Below, in pieces: positions 51,656 to 64,000 of a DNA stretch of 64,000 nucleotides (the first letter of the stretch is position 1; the number at the start of each line of letters is the position of its first letter). Both the position numbers and the translations under genes were made by a program. Source of the DNA: Octopus vulgaris (lineage: Eukaryota); contig OX597821.1 in the NCBI GenBank assembly GCA_951406725.2, positions 91,326,001 to 91,390,000 of the forward strand, read 5' to 3'. The notes under the pieces are model-generated. The model was not told where the DNA came from, made no database searches, and saw only the letters and a program-made list of their open reading frames with translations.

Positions 51656-52098
51656 GTTCCTCTGATGGCTCTTTTCCATTTTTCTTCTTACATACTAAAC
51701 AAGACCACATCTTTATATAATAATAGAATCTTGTTCTCTTTTATTATCCACAATTTCACAATTTTAGTCCTTTTCTAAACTCATTAGAAATACATATATG
51801 CAAACCAGTTCTCAAATACCATTGAGGAATCGTAACAGTTCTGTAGTTCCCATTATATTTGAAATGTTGGGGAGTTTTGCTGGAGCTCTATCCACTGAAA
51901 CAGGCTGGAATAAGATTATTAAATAATGATTCACCCTTCAGTAATCCTCTGTATCAATTCCCTTAAGCCACTGGATGTTATAGGCACCATTAAACATTCA
52001 ATCCTTACTCCCTCTCATTCTCCTTTTACCTTTCTCTCTCTTTCTATGTATATATGTATACATACAAACACACACATTTACATATATATATATATATA

Positions 52099-52133
<35 letters not shown>

Positions 52134-52186
52134 GTGTATGTATGTGTATATATATATATGTGTGTGTGTATGTGTATATATATATA

Positions 52187-52237
<51 letters not shown>

Positions 52238-52890
52238 GTATGTATGTATGTATATAAAACACCAATAATTAATTCCGCATTGTGACAGCTTTAATCTCCT
52301 CTTAAAGCCATTTATCTTTTCTTGCGCCATTAATGTCTTCACCAAAGATATGACTGCCGCAATATTCCATTTCCTTACTCCCAGAATACAGGGATTTTAT
52401 GTCTACATTGAAATAAACTGGTAATTAATTCCACAACTAATCCCTCTGTAAACTGAACCCACACCAAGAACTGAGCCTAGTATTGTAAGTTAATGATCCA
52501 TTTGACAATTCTACATTGTTACAACTGTTACACTTGTAAGTAGTAAGTAGTTTCTTTACTTTATCCATTTTTAGGGCCACTGAGAATGATACCAGAAAAG
52601 TGTGTGTCATCTCTCAATAGTGAACTTACCCATCTACTTGCTATAGAATGATCTCCATTAAAAGCACCCAACGGCTAGGTGTTACTGTCAAAGCAGATGA
52701 CATGTCTACCACAGGCATACAGGTACAATCGAACACAATTTCTTTCCACCAAATTTCACTCAAAAGGCTTCTGTTGACCTGAAGCTATGGAAGAAACCTA
52801 AAAATCCCTAACATTAGGGATGAAACTAAAACTAAGTTCAATTCTTTAAATGAAACATATATTAATGGCATTGTATCACATTGCTTACCC

Positions 52891-53119
52891 TTAATCCTTT
52901 CGTTACCAACCCGACTGAAACCGGCTCTGGCTCTAAGTACAAATGTCTTGCTTTCATAAGTTTTGATTTAAAATCTTCCATCAAACCTTAGTCACAATTT
53001 ATGTCCCTAACACTAGCTGAATGATAACTAAGTTATGTTAGCAAATTCTTTGTTATATTTAAAAGTAATTGAAAGAAACACAGAGCAACTCAAAATAAAT
53101 ACAGTAATGAAAGGGTTAA
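52891..53119. mobile_element. piggyBac-type MITE
   Basis: TTAA on both ends; TIRs (t)cctttcgttac / gtaatgaaaggg. Confidence 0.8.
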
Positions 53120-53320
53120 ACTATAGGGATTTGTTGCTGGATTTCAGATAAACCAATAACTGATTCTACAACTTATTTTTGCTAAAGTAAGCTTTACCAG
53201 AGCAAGTTAATGGCACACACGGATTCTAGAATCTTGTATATGCTTACAGTAGTAAGAACTATGTAGATCCTTATAATGAAAATACCAATTTATATTTAGG
53301 TAAACTATATCAGTTTAGAG

Positions 53321-53792
53321 CAGGGTGGGGAAACCCCTACCTGCAGGAGCAATTGCACCCGCAAGCCCATTTTATTGCAGCCGCAGACTGGTATATTCGT
53401 ATGTACAAAATATGGTAAATTTGTCAATTATAAAATTTATACAATATTCGTATGCCTATTAGCAACATGGGTCGCATTTCCACTACAGCTTATAATGGTT
53501 AGACTTGAACAGAAAATTGCCATTCAAAAGAAGATTTTGTTTTCACTGTAAAACACATATTGCTAGGTTCATACCATCTCCCTTAAGACCCAGCTACACT
53601 GTAGTTGAAAACTATAGGATACCTCATAGGTAATATAGGTGGCCTAAATTCAGTGACAGCATTAATGAAGATGCTACGTGTTAATTTAATGTGTTCAACT
53701 TATTTTTATTAATGTATATCGATTTATACAAGATTTACACAGATATAAGTGTTAGAACTTGTGATCCACACTCTAAAGTTTCCCCAACCCTA
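53321..53792. mobile_element. hAT MITE with perfect 8-bp TSD
   Basis: TIRs cagggtggggaaac / gtttccccaacccta; TSD gtttagag at 53313-53320 and 53793-53800. Confidence 0.9.
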
Positions 53793-53883
53793 GTTTAGAG
53801 CTTATTTACAAACACACATACACACAAACACATACACACACATACACACACATACACACACATACACACACATACACACACAT

Positions 53884-53932
<49 letters not shown>

Positions 53933-53934
<2 letters not shown>

Positions 53935-54335
53935 CATCATCATCATCATCGTTTAACGTCCGTTTTCCAAGCTAGCATGGGTTGGATCTTTTGACCGGGG
54001 TCTGGGAAGCCAGGAGGCTGCACCAGGCTCCAGTCTGATCTGGCAGTGTTTCTACAGCTGGATGCCCTTCCTAACGCCAACCACTCCATGAGTGTAGTGG
54101 GTGCTTTTTACGTGCCACCGACACAGAAGCTAGTCAAGGCAGTGCTGGCATCGGCCACGTACGGATGGTGCTTTTTACATGCCAGGGTAGGCTGGCAACA
54201 GCCACAAACAGTTGGTGATTTTTACGTATATATCATCATCATCATCATCATCATCATCATCGTCTTTAAACGTCCGCTTTCCATGCTAGCAAGGGTTGGA
54301 CGATTTGACTGAGGTCTGGCAAACCAGATGGCTAC
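53933..54335 (-). mobile_element. Family E element (53933-54190) plus a second 3'-end fragment (54233-54335)
   Basis: (CAT)n-cgtttaacgtccg-ttttcca.gctagcatgggttgga. Confidence 0.8.
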
Positions 54336-54338
54336 TTA

Positions 54339-54387
<49 letters not shown>

Positions 54388-54539
54388 TACTTATTATGCA
54401 CATGTATTCACATATACACACATATACATACATATAGTTAATATACAAAGATGTGTACACACATACATTGATATAAGTAAACTTAAATATGCATTCAAAA
54501 ACATACATGTACAAAATTATAGAAACTGAAACAATCATG

Positions 54540-54570
<31 letters not shown>

Positions 54571-54867
54571 ATATATATGAGCACAATGAAACATACTGAC
54601 ATAGAGACAAATATACATAGAAATTCAAATACACGTACACATTCACATACACACACAACACAAAATTCGAATGGTAAAAGAAAGTGATGCCAGCATATTT
54701 ATTGAAATCCAACACAGTACAAATCTGTACTTTTAGATGGAAGTAAAATATGAAATAGCATCCATCCACATCCATCTATCTGCCACTTAATAATGATAAT
54801 AATAACAGTAATAATAATAATAATAATGATCATAATAATAATAATAATAATAATAATATTAATAACC

Positions 54868-54919
<52 letters not shown>

Positions 54920-55266
54920 TAATAATATAGGAAATATTTTAAATATTTAAAAGTTAAACATTGCTAAGGAAAAGATTGATTACTCTTGTGTTTAATTACA
55001 CATTTATAAAAGGAATACGGTAGTTTATATTTCACAAATGTATCCATATGTACACATGTGTGTACTTATGTGCATGATTTTATATGTGACTGTACATGTA
55101 TGTGCATGCATATCTATCTATTGACTTTGCAAATACATATCTGAATAATATATAATATATATATATATCTGGTGTGTATATGTAAATGTAAGTGGACATA
55201 TGTATTTGCATATGCGTATATTCGGGTATATAGACACATTTAAATAACTTCATATTTCTAATGTAT

Positions 55267-55678
55267 ACGCAGGAGTGGCTGTGTGGTAAGTAGCTTGCTA
55301 ACCAACCGCATGGTTCCGGGTTCAGTCCCACTGCATGGCATCTTGGGCAAGTGTCTTCTGCTATAGCCCCAGGCTGACCAATGCCTTGTGAGTGGATTTG
55401 GTAGACAGAAACTGAAAGAAGCCTATCGTATATATGTATATATATATATATGTGTGTGTGGGGTTGTGTGTCTGTGTTTGTCCCCCTAGCATTGCTTGAC
55501 AACCGATGCTAGTGTGTTTACGTCCACGTCACTTAGTGGTTCAGCAAAAGAGACCGATAGAATAAGTACTGGACCTACAAAGAATAAGTCCCGGGGTCGA
55601 TTTGATCGACTAAAGGCGGTGCTCCAGCATGGCCGCAGTCAAATGACTGAAACAAGTAAAAGAGTAAAAGAGTAAGAG
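55267..55678 (+). mobile_element. SINE family A (first unit of tandem duplication)
   Basis: Homology to the family. Confidence 0.9.
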
Positions 55679-55933
55679 TATACATAAATGCACACACACA
55701 TACAAATATGTCTGTAATGTACATGTGTATGCATCTATCTACTATATGTATGTATTTAATTATATATACATGTGTGTGTGTGTGTGTATATATATGCCTA
55801 CATATGTAGATTACATATATCCTTGCATATATGTGAGTATATGTATTACACATTTGTAAATATATATGTGCGTGTGTGTGTGTGTGTGTATAAGAATTTC
55901 ATACATTTGTGTATACAAAAATAACTATATATA

Positions 55934-56339
55934 GGCGCAGGAGTGGCTGTGTGGTAAGTAGCTTGTCTACCAACCGCATGGTTCCGGGTTCAGTCCCACT
56001 GCGTGGCACCTTGGGTAAGTGTCTTCTACTATAGCCTCGGGCCGACCAAAGCCTTGTGAGTGGATTTGGTAGACGGAAACTGAAAGAAGCCCGTCGTATA
56101 TATGTATATATATGCGTGTGTGTGTTTGTGTGTCTGTGTTTGTCCCCTAGCATTGCTTGACGACCGATGCTGGTGTGTTTACATCCCCGTCACTTAGCGG
56201 TTCGGCAAAAGAGACCGATAGAATAAGTACTGGGCTTACAAAGAATAAGACCCGGGGTCGATTTGCTCGACTAAAGGCAGTGCTCCAGCACGGTCGCAGT
56301 CAAATGACTGAAACAAGTAAAAGAGTAAAAGAGTAAGAG
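55934..56339 (+). mobile_element. SINE family A (second unit of tandem duplication)
   Basis: Homology to the family; same ~255-bp 3' flank as the first unit. Confidence 0.9.
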
Positions 56340-56524
56340 TATACATAAATGCACACACACATACAAATATGTTTGTAATGTACATGTGTATGCATCTATC
56401 TACTATATGTATGTATGTAATTATATATACATGTGTGTGTGTGAGTGCATGTGTGTATATGCCTACATATGTACATTACATATATCCTTGCATATATGTG
56501 AGTATATGTATTACACATTTGTAA

Positions 56525-56560
<36 letters not shown>

Positions 56561-57289
56561 ATTAGAATTTCATACATCTGTGTATACAAAAATAACTATT
56601 TATATATATAAACGTGTGTGTGTGTGTATTTGTGCATACAGTCAAATATACAAATAAACTTTCGTACATCCATCTTACTGGCAGCTGACCAATCACAAGG
56701 AATTAAAAGATATTTGATTAAAAGATGACATTTAACAGAACAGCTTAGCTTTATTTCAGCCATGCTGAAATATAGACACCATGTCAACATTAAAGATTTA
56801 CTATATTTATACTTGTATTTATAACTTTTAAAATATTTCTAGCAAGAATTCACATATTCTCTATGTTGATTTCACCAATTTATCAATCCATAACTTCATG
56901 TCTGAGATCTAACAAATTATTTAAACTGATATAAAGAAAAATAAACAAGTTGTTGATATTAATGATCAATAGGAGTTATTTAACTATTTAAGAAAAGTGC
57001 TTTTAAGTTTTTGTATAAAGTCAATAGCTATTTGTTTATAATTTTATTTTGTTTGCATGTATATGTGAAGCTGTCAATCATAAGGGGAGAGGAGGAGGAG
57101 TATAAAAGAAGAAGGAGAAGAAATCTGAGGCTGACGCTAAATTTATTGATGGAATATTATTAATCAACTCAAGAAGTGGAAGTACCACGGAAACCAAAAA
57201 TGGTAGGTTGCATACACAACCTGACTAAATGTCTCTTGTTTACTTAGGTCATTGAGAGGGGAGATGCCAGCAAAGACTAATCATTTAAA

Positions 57290-57520
57290 GACGGCGAGCT
57301 GGCAGAAACGTTAGCACGTCGGGCGAAATGCTTGTTAGTATTTCATTTGCCGTTACGTTCTGAGTTCAAATTCCACCGAGGTCGACTTTGCATTTCATCT
57401 TTTCGGGTCGATAAATTAAGTACCAGTTACGCACTGGAGTTGATGTAATCAACTTAATCCGTTTGTCTGTCCTTGTTTGTCCCTTCTGTCTTCAGCCCCT
57501 TGTGGGTAGTAAAGAAATAG
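57290..57520 (+). mobile_element. SINE family B
   Basis: Homology to the family. Confidence 0.88.
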
Positions 57521-57705
57521 GTGTGTGCTCCAGTATGACCGTAATCTTGATGATGAAAAAATAACCTAAATAACTGAAGAATTGCAAGCCCATGATACCT
57601 ACTCTAACTGAATGATAAACAGGCTTCTGGTTTGTTGCTGAAGGTTATTAAAATGAGAAACATGAAGAAGGTGCAGCCAAACTATGCCTGCCATGTTTAT
57701 ATATA

Positions 57706-57965
57706 AGGAGCGAGGTCATTGCCAGTACCGCCTGACTGGCCCCCATGCCGGTGGCATGTAAAAAGCACCCACTACACTCTCGGAGTGGTTGGCGTTAGGA
57801 AGGGCATCCAGCTGTAGAAACTCTGCCAGATCAAGACTGGAGCCTGGTGTAGTTATCTGGTTTGCCAGCCCTCAGTCAAAATTGTCCAACCCATGTCCAA
57901 CCCATGCTAGCATGGAAAGCGGATGATAAACGAGGATGAGGAGGAGGAGGAGGAGGAGGAGGAGG
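57706..57965 (+). mobile_element. Family E element, tail drifted to (GAG)n
   Basis: Homology to 38340-38566. Confidence 0.8.
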
Positions 57966-58250
57966 AATGGTAAGCTTTTCCTATTTCAGAATGACAGAAA
58001 AGATTGTACTGTTCATCAAACATATGAGCCAAAGAGGTATTGTCTAACTGACCGTTCAACCTGCTAAAATAGCAGCCAAATCTCCCTCAAATCATAGATT
58101 CAATGATCAATGTATCTGTGACGTACAAAAAAAAAGCTAGAATACAGCATGGTTGGAACTCTTTAAACTATTAGGGCTTATCTGGAATTTTCACAGCTAC
58201 AACTCCTGCCAATGGTCTAATGGAAATTATAGAAAATGTAGCAGATATGT

Positions 58251-58550
58251 TGTTTGTTCCTTCCTGAGTCATGCCTGGTTCATAAGGGCTGCTTTCCTGG
58301 TTTCCTTGGCGTATAGCTTCCCCAACTGGACAGGACGCTGGTCCGTCACAGGTGAGCTGCTAGATCCAGGAGGAAAGAGTGAAAGTCGTGGCGAAAGAGT
58401 CAGCAGAAGTTCCCCATTACCTATCTGCCGGAACTGCGTGGAGCTTAGGTGTTTCACTTGTAAACACACACATCGCCCGGTCTGAGATTCGAACCCACAA
58501 TCCCTAGTCCGCAAGTCCGCTGCTCTAACCACTAGGCCATGTGCCGCCAC
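58251..58550 (-). mobile_element. SINE with family C head and a different tail (type 2)
   Basis: 12-bp TSD tagcagatatgt (58239-58250 / 58551-58562). Confidence 0.85.
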
Positions 58551-58989
58551 TAGCAGATATGTAATTGATTAAACAAATTATAAATGGCATAATACATGTG
58601 CACACGCACACACATACACACACACACACTTTCAAATACAGACATACATGCACAAATATCTCTCACTCACATTTCTTACATTGACAAATGTGACAAAAGA
58701 TCTGTAATCTTTACAAGGGAGAACGAACATCCTTGTTGGACAAAAGTAGATGATGAAGATGTTATGAGGAAGCTGTTGCTCTAGAAAGCATCATAGATAT
58801 AATGGCAGAGGGGGAGGGAAGCAGAAATGGGAGAACAGCAACAAAAGCAATGAGAATAATGATGCTGATGATGATGATGATAGCTACAAGTATGATAAAC
58901 GACACATGAAGTATATGGTCGCTATTCTGTCATTCTGCCAGCTAATCCAATGGTTCATTCTGAGAGAGAGGGAAAGACAGAGAAAGAGA

Positions 58990-59020
<31 letters not shown>

Positions 59021-60371
59021 GGGGAGAGAGAGAGAGAGAAAGAGAGAGAGAAGAAAGAAAGCAGAATTTTAATTCCTGTTTCAAGTTTGACTTTAAGAAG
59101 CATTTCTCAACACTATCAGAAAGACATTCAGTGTTTGGTCATTAATTCAGTGCTCAAAATCAGAAAAATAAGTCTTACAAATAGCTGTGCCATAGCAATT
59201 AATGTATTTTGTACAACTATAAGTAAATATTGGTCGGATATTATATTTAGTGCTACAAATATCTGAAGACTGTGCTTGATCGTTTGATCAGGAATTCTAA
59301 TTAAATATTGGCAGATCGCTTCCTAAATTTAACGAGCTATCTGGTGTTTAAACTTACCCATGACATCTAATTAACTTATACCAGAACACTCCCAGTTGTA
59401 AAAGGAAAAACGTAATTGGCAAAGCAATCTTTATTTTGTTTTTTCCCCTAAACTTTTTCCATGGGTGCTGGTGCATCTAAAGTATTTTTCTTCTAATCAT
59501 AAACAATTTGTGAAATTACAAGAAGCCGCCTCTCTGACAGAACAAAATTGATTCCAACATTTTTTTTTTATTTTCTGAATAAATTTTGAGAAAAATTCTA
59601 AAACAAAGCCAGCCAGCAGGAAAACATTAAATGCAAAGAAACATTTTCTATTCGTACAAAGCCAGCGAAATTATATGTTTTACAAGAATCTCTATGAAAT
59701 GAATTAACAAATTTTCAGCTTCAATTCTATAATTATATAATTGGATAATTCATTTATTTGGACAGTCCTTCTGTGAAATTCAAATAAACTATATTTTGAT
59801 TCTATTATGAGTTTGTTAAGAAAGCATAATGTAAGGAAAGTGAAAAACAAAATTGCTTAGAGCAATGAAAATATTTATTGATGTGTATCTGTTCATATAT
59901 ATATATTGAGTATGCGTGCACAAATGTATTTCTGTTTATATGTAAGAATATAAAATGGAATAGAATATGATAAACCATATATATGTATGCGTGTATGTAT
60001 GTATATAGTATATATATGTTTATGTCTGTATATACATCATCATCCCCATCTTCATCATCATCATCATCATTTACCATCCGTTTTCCATGCTGGTATGTGT
60101 TGGACAGTTTGACAGGAGCTAGCAAGTCAGCAGACAGCACCAAGCTCTACTGTCTGTTTTGGGATGGTTTTACAACTGGATGCCATTCCTAACACCAACT
60201 ATATGTGTGTGTATGTATGTGTGTATGTATATATATATATGTATATAAGAAAAATAAGAAAATAGAGATTAATCAATCAATAATTATATCTACTAACTGC
60301 AAAAATAGATATAATCCCTGACAGCTGTTTGGATTCAGAATTTAAAGATTTTAATTGAAATGAGCATGTAA

Positions 60372-60728
60372 CAAACACCATCTGATCGTGGCCGTGCCAG
60401 CCTCGCCTGGCCTCCGTGCCGGTGGCACGTAAAAAACACCATCCGAGCGTGGCCGTTCACCAGCCTCATCTGGCACCTGTGTTGGTGGCACAAAAAAACA
60501 CCATCCGAGCGTGGCCATTCGCCAGCCTCATCTGGCACCTCTGTTGGTGGCACATAAAAAGCACCCACTACACTCACGGAGTGGTTGGTGTTAGGAAGGG
60601 CATCCAGCTGTAGAAACACTGCCAGATCTGACTGGCCTGGTGCAGCCTTCGGGCTTCCCAGACCCCAGTTGAACCGTCCAACCCATGCTAGCATGGAGAG
60701 CAGACGTTAAACGATGATGATGATGATA
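60372..60728 (+). mobile_element. Family E element with three tandem internal units (an older minus-strand copy lies at 60054-60200)
   Basis: ccatccgagcgtggcc..t..ccagcctc..ctggc unit x3; (GAT)n tail. Confidence 0.82.
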
Positions 60729-61190
60729 GTAGAATATGCCACAATATATATTTTTGAAGTTGGGAATAATAATCTCACAGTTACACAAACCTATAGCTTA
60801 AGTGAAAGGATGTTATCCATGGCTATCCCTTGTTGAATCTGACGTTAGAGGGTTCCCTTTCCAGTTAGTGTGGAGAATGCTCACAACCATTGAAAATGGA
60901 ATGAGAGAAAAAGGTGGCTGTGTACAGGATTGTAGAGAGAGAGAGCTAGAAGAGTCTCTTTGTAGTTGTGGAGCAAAAGAGAGGCATTGAGCTGCAAGTC
61001 AGAGGAAGATGATAGGCAGTGGTTTGGGGGCCACTGTCAACCCACCAAGAGACTGTTACAGTATGGAGTTGAAATGTCCACTGACTTTTGGACACTGTCT
61101 ATCTAATGACATTCATTCTTTCTGGTCAATGCTGCAGTCAAAGGTAAAGGGAATAAAGGAGAAGTATGTTATTTTTAATATATATATATA

Positions 61191-61592
61191 GGCGCAGGAG
61201 TGGCTGTGTGGTAAGTAGCTTGTTTACCAACCACATGGTTCCAGGTTCAGTCCCACTGCATGGCATCTTGGGCAAGTGTCTTCTACTATAGCCTCGGGCT
61301 GACCAAAGCCTTGTGAGTGGATTTGGTAGACGGAAACTGAAAGAAGCCCGTCGTATATATGTATATATATGTATGTGCGTGCATGTTTGTGTGTCTGTGT
61401 TTGGCCCCCTAGCATTGCTCGACAACCGATGCTAGTGTGTTCATGTCCCCATCACTTAGCGGTTTGGCAAAAGAGACTGATAGAATAAGTACTGGGCTTA
61501 CAAAGAATGAGTCCCGGGGTCGAGTTGCTCGACTAAAGGTGGTGCTCCAGCATGGCCGCAGTCAAAATGACTGAAACAAGTAAAAAGATAAA
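61191..61592 (+). mobile_element. SINE family A
   Basis: Homology to the family; (TA)n on both sides. Confidence 0.92.
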
Positions 61593-61601
61593 AAAAAAAC
61601 A

Positions 61602-61636
<35 letters not shown>

Positions 61637-61638
<2 letters not shown>

Positions 61639-61862
61639 GGAGTAAACACATAAATGTGAAACAAGGTGGAAAAAAGAGTACTCAAATACCAGTGGTAGAG
61701 TAATATGCTTTATTTTAAGCAGCAGAAAATTCAACAAAATCTGTTACTCTGAGTTTCTCGTTGCCGTTCATCAGACAGTTTTTAGCAAAAACTGTCAGAT
61801 GAACGGCAACGAGAAACTCAGAGTAACAGATTTTGTTGAATTTTCTGCTGCTTAAAATAAAG
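61637..61862. mobile_element. Penelope-type family 1 terminal repeat with 76-bp inverted duplication, in (TA)n
   Basis: Arms 61708-61783 / 61787-61862, 3-nt loop, one mismatch. Confidence 0.8.
61737..61783 (-). ncRNA. Minimal type-I hammerhead ribozyme motif, CUGAUGA/GAAA core intact
   Basis: Minus: aaaaaCUGU-CUGAUGA-acg-gcaa-cga-GAAA-cuc-a-gag-UA-ACAG-auuu. Confidence 0.72.
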
Positions 61863-62404
61863 TATATATATATATATATTTAAAGGGGTTTGAAATTATA
61901 TTTGCTTTTGGAAATTAAAGAATTACTCATTTTGGCTGTGAGAATGGTATCAACACACACATGCACATGCACACACATACATTTCAGTGAATGGTTAAAT
62001 GAAGGAAAGTTGCTCTCAATACATTTGACTAGAGTTATGTACATTTGATAATAATGATGATAATAACAATGTATGTACATATGTATATATATTTGTAAGT
62101 ATGCATCTGTCTCTGGTAGTTTCTATTTTTCTGAAATTGTTTCCTGCCTTGTTAGCCATGGTTTGGTGCAATCACTGAACCATAACTTACAACCATTGTA
62201 AAATAGTCAAAGACCTACAAAGAGCGGGGAATGTGTTAGCCCTTATCTCCTACTCTTTTCAGAAAACAGACTGGAGAAACATGAACTATATACAAGCATT
62301 AAAAAAATTTTAATATATACAGGACGACCTTAACAAATACAGAAACAATCCATAATCAACAAATTCTCTCCAACTACTTGCCCTTCTTTAATAAATGATC
62401 TTGC

Positions 62405-62620
62405 CCATTATATCCATTCTACTCTAGGTGCAATGCCTGAAATTTTCAGGGAGGGTGTTTTATACCAACCCCAATGCACAGCTGGTATTTATGTCATTGA
62501 TCTTGAAAGGGTGAAAAGCAAAGTTGACCTTGAAGGAATTTGAACTCAGAACATAAAGATGTACGAAATGTAGATAAGCATTTTGTTTGATGTGCTAATG
62601 GTTCTGCCAATTCACTGCCT
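62405..62620 (-). mobile_element. Diverged SINE family B
   Basis: gaaagggtgaaaagcaaagttgacc...aatttgaactcagaac. Confidence 0.75.
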
Positions 62621-63312
62621 GATGCTCATTGCATAGCAACAACAACAATCACATTTAACAAATTTCTAATCAAGAGCCAATGTGGAAGCCTTTATATGAT
62701 CACTCAGCTTACTTGAAATAACTGCTAAGTCTTCAAATCACAATGTGTTTTTTAAATAAGAAATGGACACAGATAATGTAGATGTGAGTGCTAGTCGTTG
62801 AGATGTTGGGGTCATGACCATAAGATTGTGAGTTCGATTCCTGAACCAAGTACCACATTATATTCCTATGCAAAGCACTTCACTTTACATTTTTCCCAAT
62901 TTATACTGCTGAAAATTAGTGTCGCCCATGTGTTGATGTACACCCCTTTCCCATCCAGACCCTTGATTTTTTTCACATGATCAGAAGTGGGAAGGCTTTG
63001 ATAGTGACTACTCTTGCTTATAATTACATAAGCCACTAAAACAATTCATGAAAGCAGGATACAAGTCATCGAGTAATACTTGCTTGCATGTGATGCCCTT
63101 GGTTTTACATAGACTCAAAAGATGGTCACAGCTGAAATGCTTCTAATCATAAGCATGCTTGATCAGGGTTGACTTACCAACCAAATACAAACCAGTAGCA
63201 GTAGCTATATGTTAATTCCAAACAATTGCTAAGTAACACACTGTTAAACCTTCAACTTGTTGATGCTCTTTAAATCTCACTATAATAATAATGTTTCTTA
63301 TAATCACATTAT

Positions 63313-63613
63313 GTGGAGGCGCAATGGCCTAGTGGTTAGGGCAGCGGACTCGCGGTCGTAGGATCGCGGTTTCGATTCCAAGACCGGGCGTTGTGAGAGT
63401 TTATTGAGCGAAAACACCTAAAAGCACCACGATGCTCCGGCAGGGGGTGGTGATCCCTGCTGTACTCTTTCACCACTCTTTCTCTCACTCTTCTGTTGGC
63501 CTGCTCGCTTAGCCAGCGGGGTGGCATCATTCGAAGGCTAAAACAATGCGAACGCATTGTGACCAGCGATGTGTAACAGCATCTGATGGTCTGGTCGGTC
63601 ACGTGATCACGTG
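63313..63613 (+). mobile_element. SINE with family C head and a third tail (type 3)
   Basis: A-box tggcctagtgg, B-box gtttcgattcc; 13-bp TSD ataatcacattat (63300-63312 / 63614-63626). Confidence 0.9.
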
Positions 63614-63859
63614 ATAATCACATTATTACATTCATTAACGAGTTCCCCCTTAGAGGGACTCACAACTCAACATGTAAACATGCTGAGCACCTACACTCTA
63701 AACATGGATGCATGCATGAGGGAGAGCTCATTTGAATTGTGCTATTACCTTAGCATCAATGAAAGCATAAGACTCTTTATAAACATCATTAGAGAACATA
63801 AACTGCTCAACATTGTATTGATTACAATACTGCTTCTTTATCTAATTGGAAGTAAACAT

Positions 63860-63921
<62 letters not shown>

Positions 63922-64000
63922 ACACACACACACATATGTATATATGTGTATGTATGTATATATATATAGATGCATATATACATATATATATATATATATA

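Noticed and set aside
57080-57205. Possible exon (ag...purine-rich...ggtagg)
   Set aside because: The frames I read contain stops; weak acceptor; no recognisable protein
63316-63390. tRNA gene candidates (also 16150-16220, 19300-19368, 40972-41045)
   Set aside because: A/B boxes are present but acceptor stems are not intact, and they continue into SINE bodies

Overview
Eukaryotic, AT-rich, repeat-saturated non-coding DNA (large intron or gene desert). The SINE repertoire and microsatellite load suggest an octopus/coleoid cephalopod genome; this is inferred from remembered repeat families, not from a database search. I find no host protein-coding exon, and nearly all ORFs in the track are translations of microsatellites or SINEs. 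Real coding remnants are all transposon-derived: an RTE LINE 3' end (1.5-1.8 kb), a hAT-related transposase (4.8-7.1 kb), Penelope-like RT fragments (13 kb; 27.4-28.2 kb), a mariner (26.2-27.4 kb), a Tc1 C-terminus (46.2-46.5 kb), an R4/Dong-type endonuclease end in a (TAA)n tract (40.5-40.9 kb) and L2/CR1-group fragments. There are at least five SINE-like families, three Helitron-like elements, and hAT, piggyBac and mariner MITEs. The most interesting signal is three families of minimal type-I hammerhead-ribozyme motifs in Penelope-type terminal repeats. One forms a 76-bp near-perfect hairpin (61708-61862). Another is the tail of a composite at 40297-41211: tRNA-derived Pol III head + (TAA)n + hammerhead-bearing Penelope-type tail, with an inverted tail copy. 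This is a candidate Penelope-mobilised, ribozyme-carrying SINE. Family letters A-F are my own labels, and boundaries of degenerate copies are approximate.
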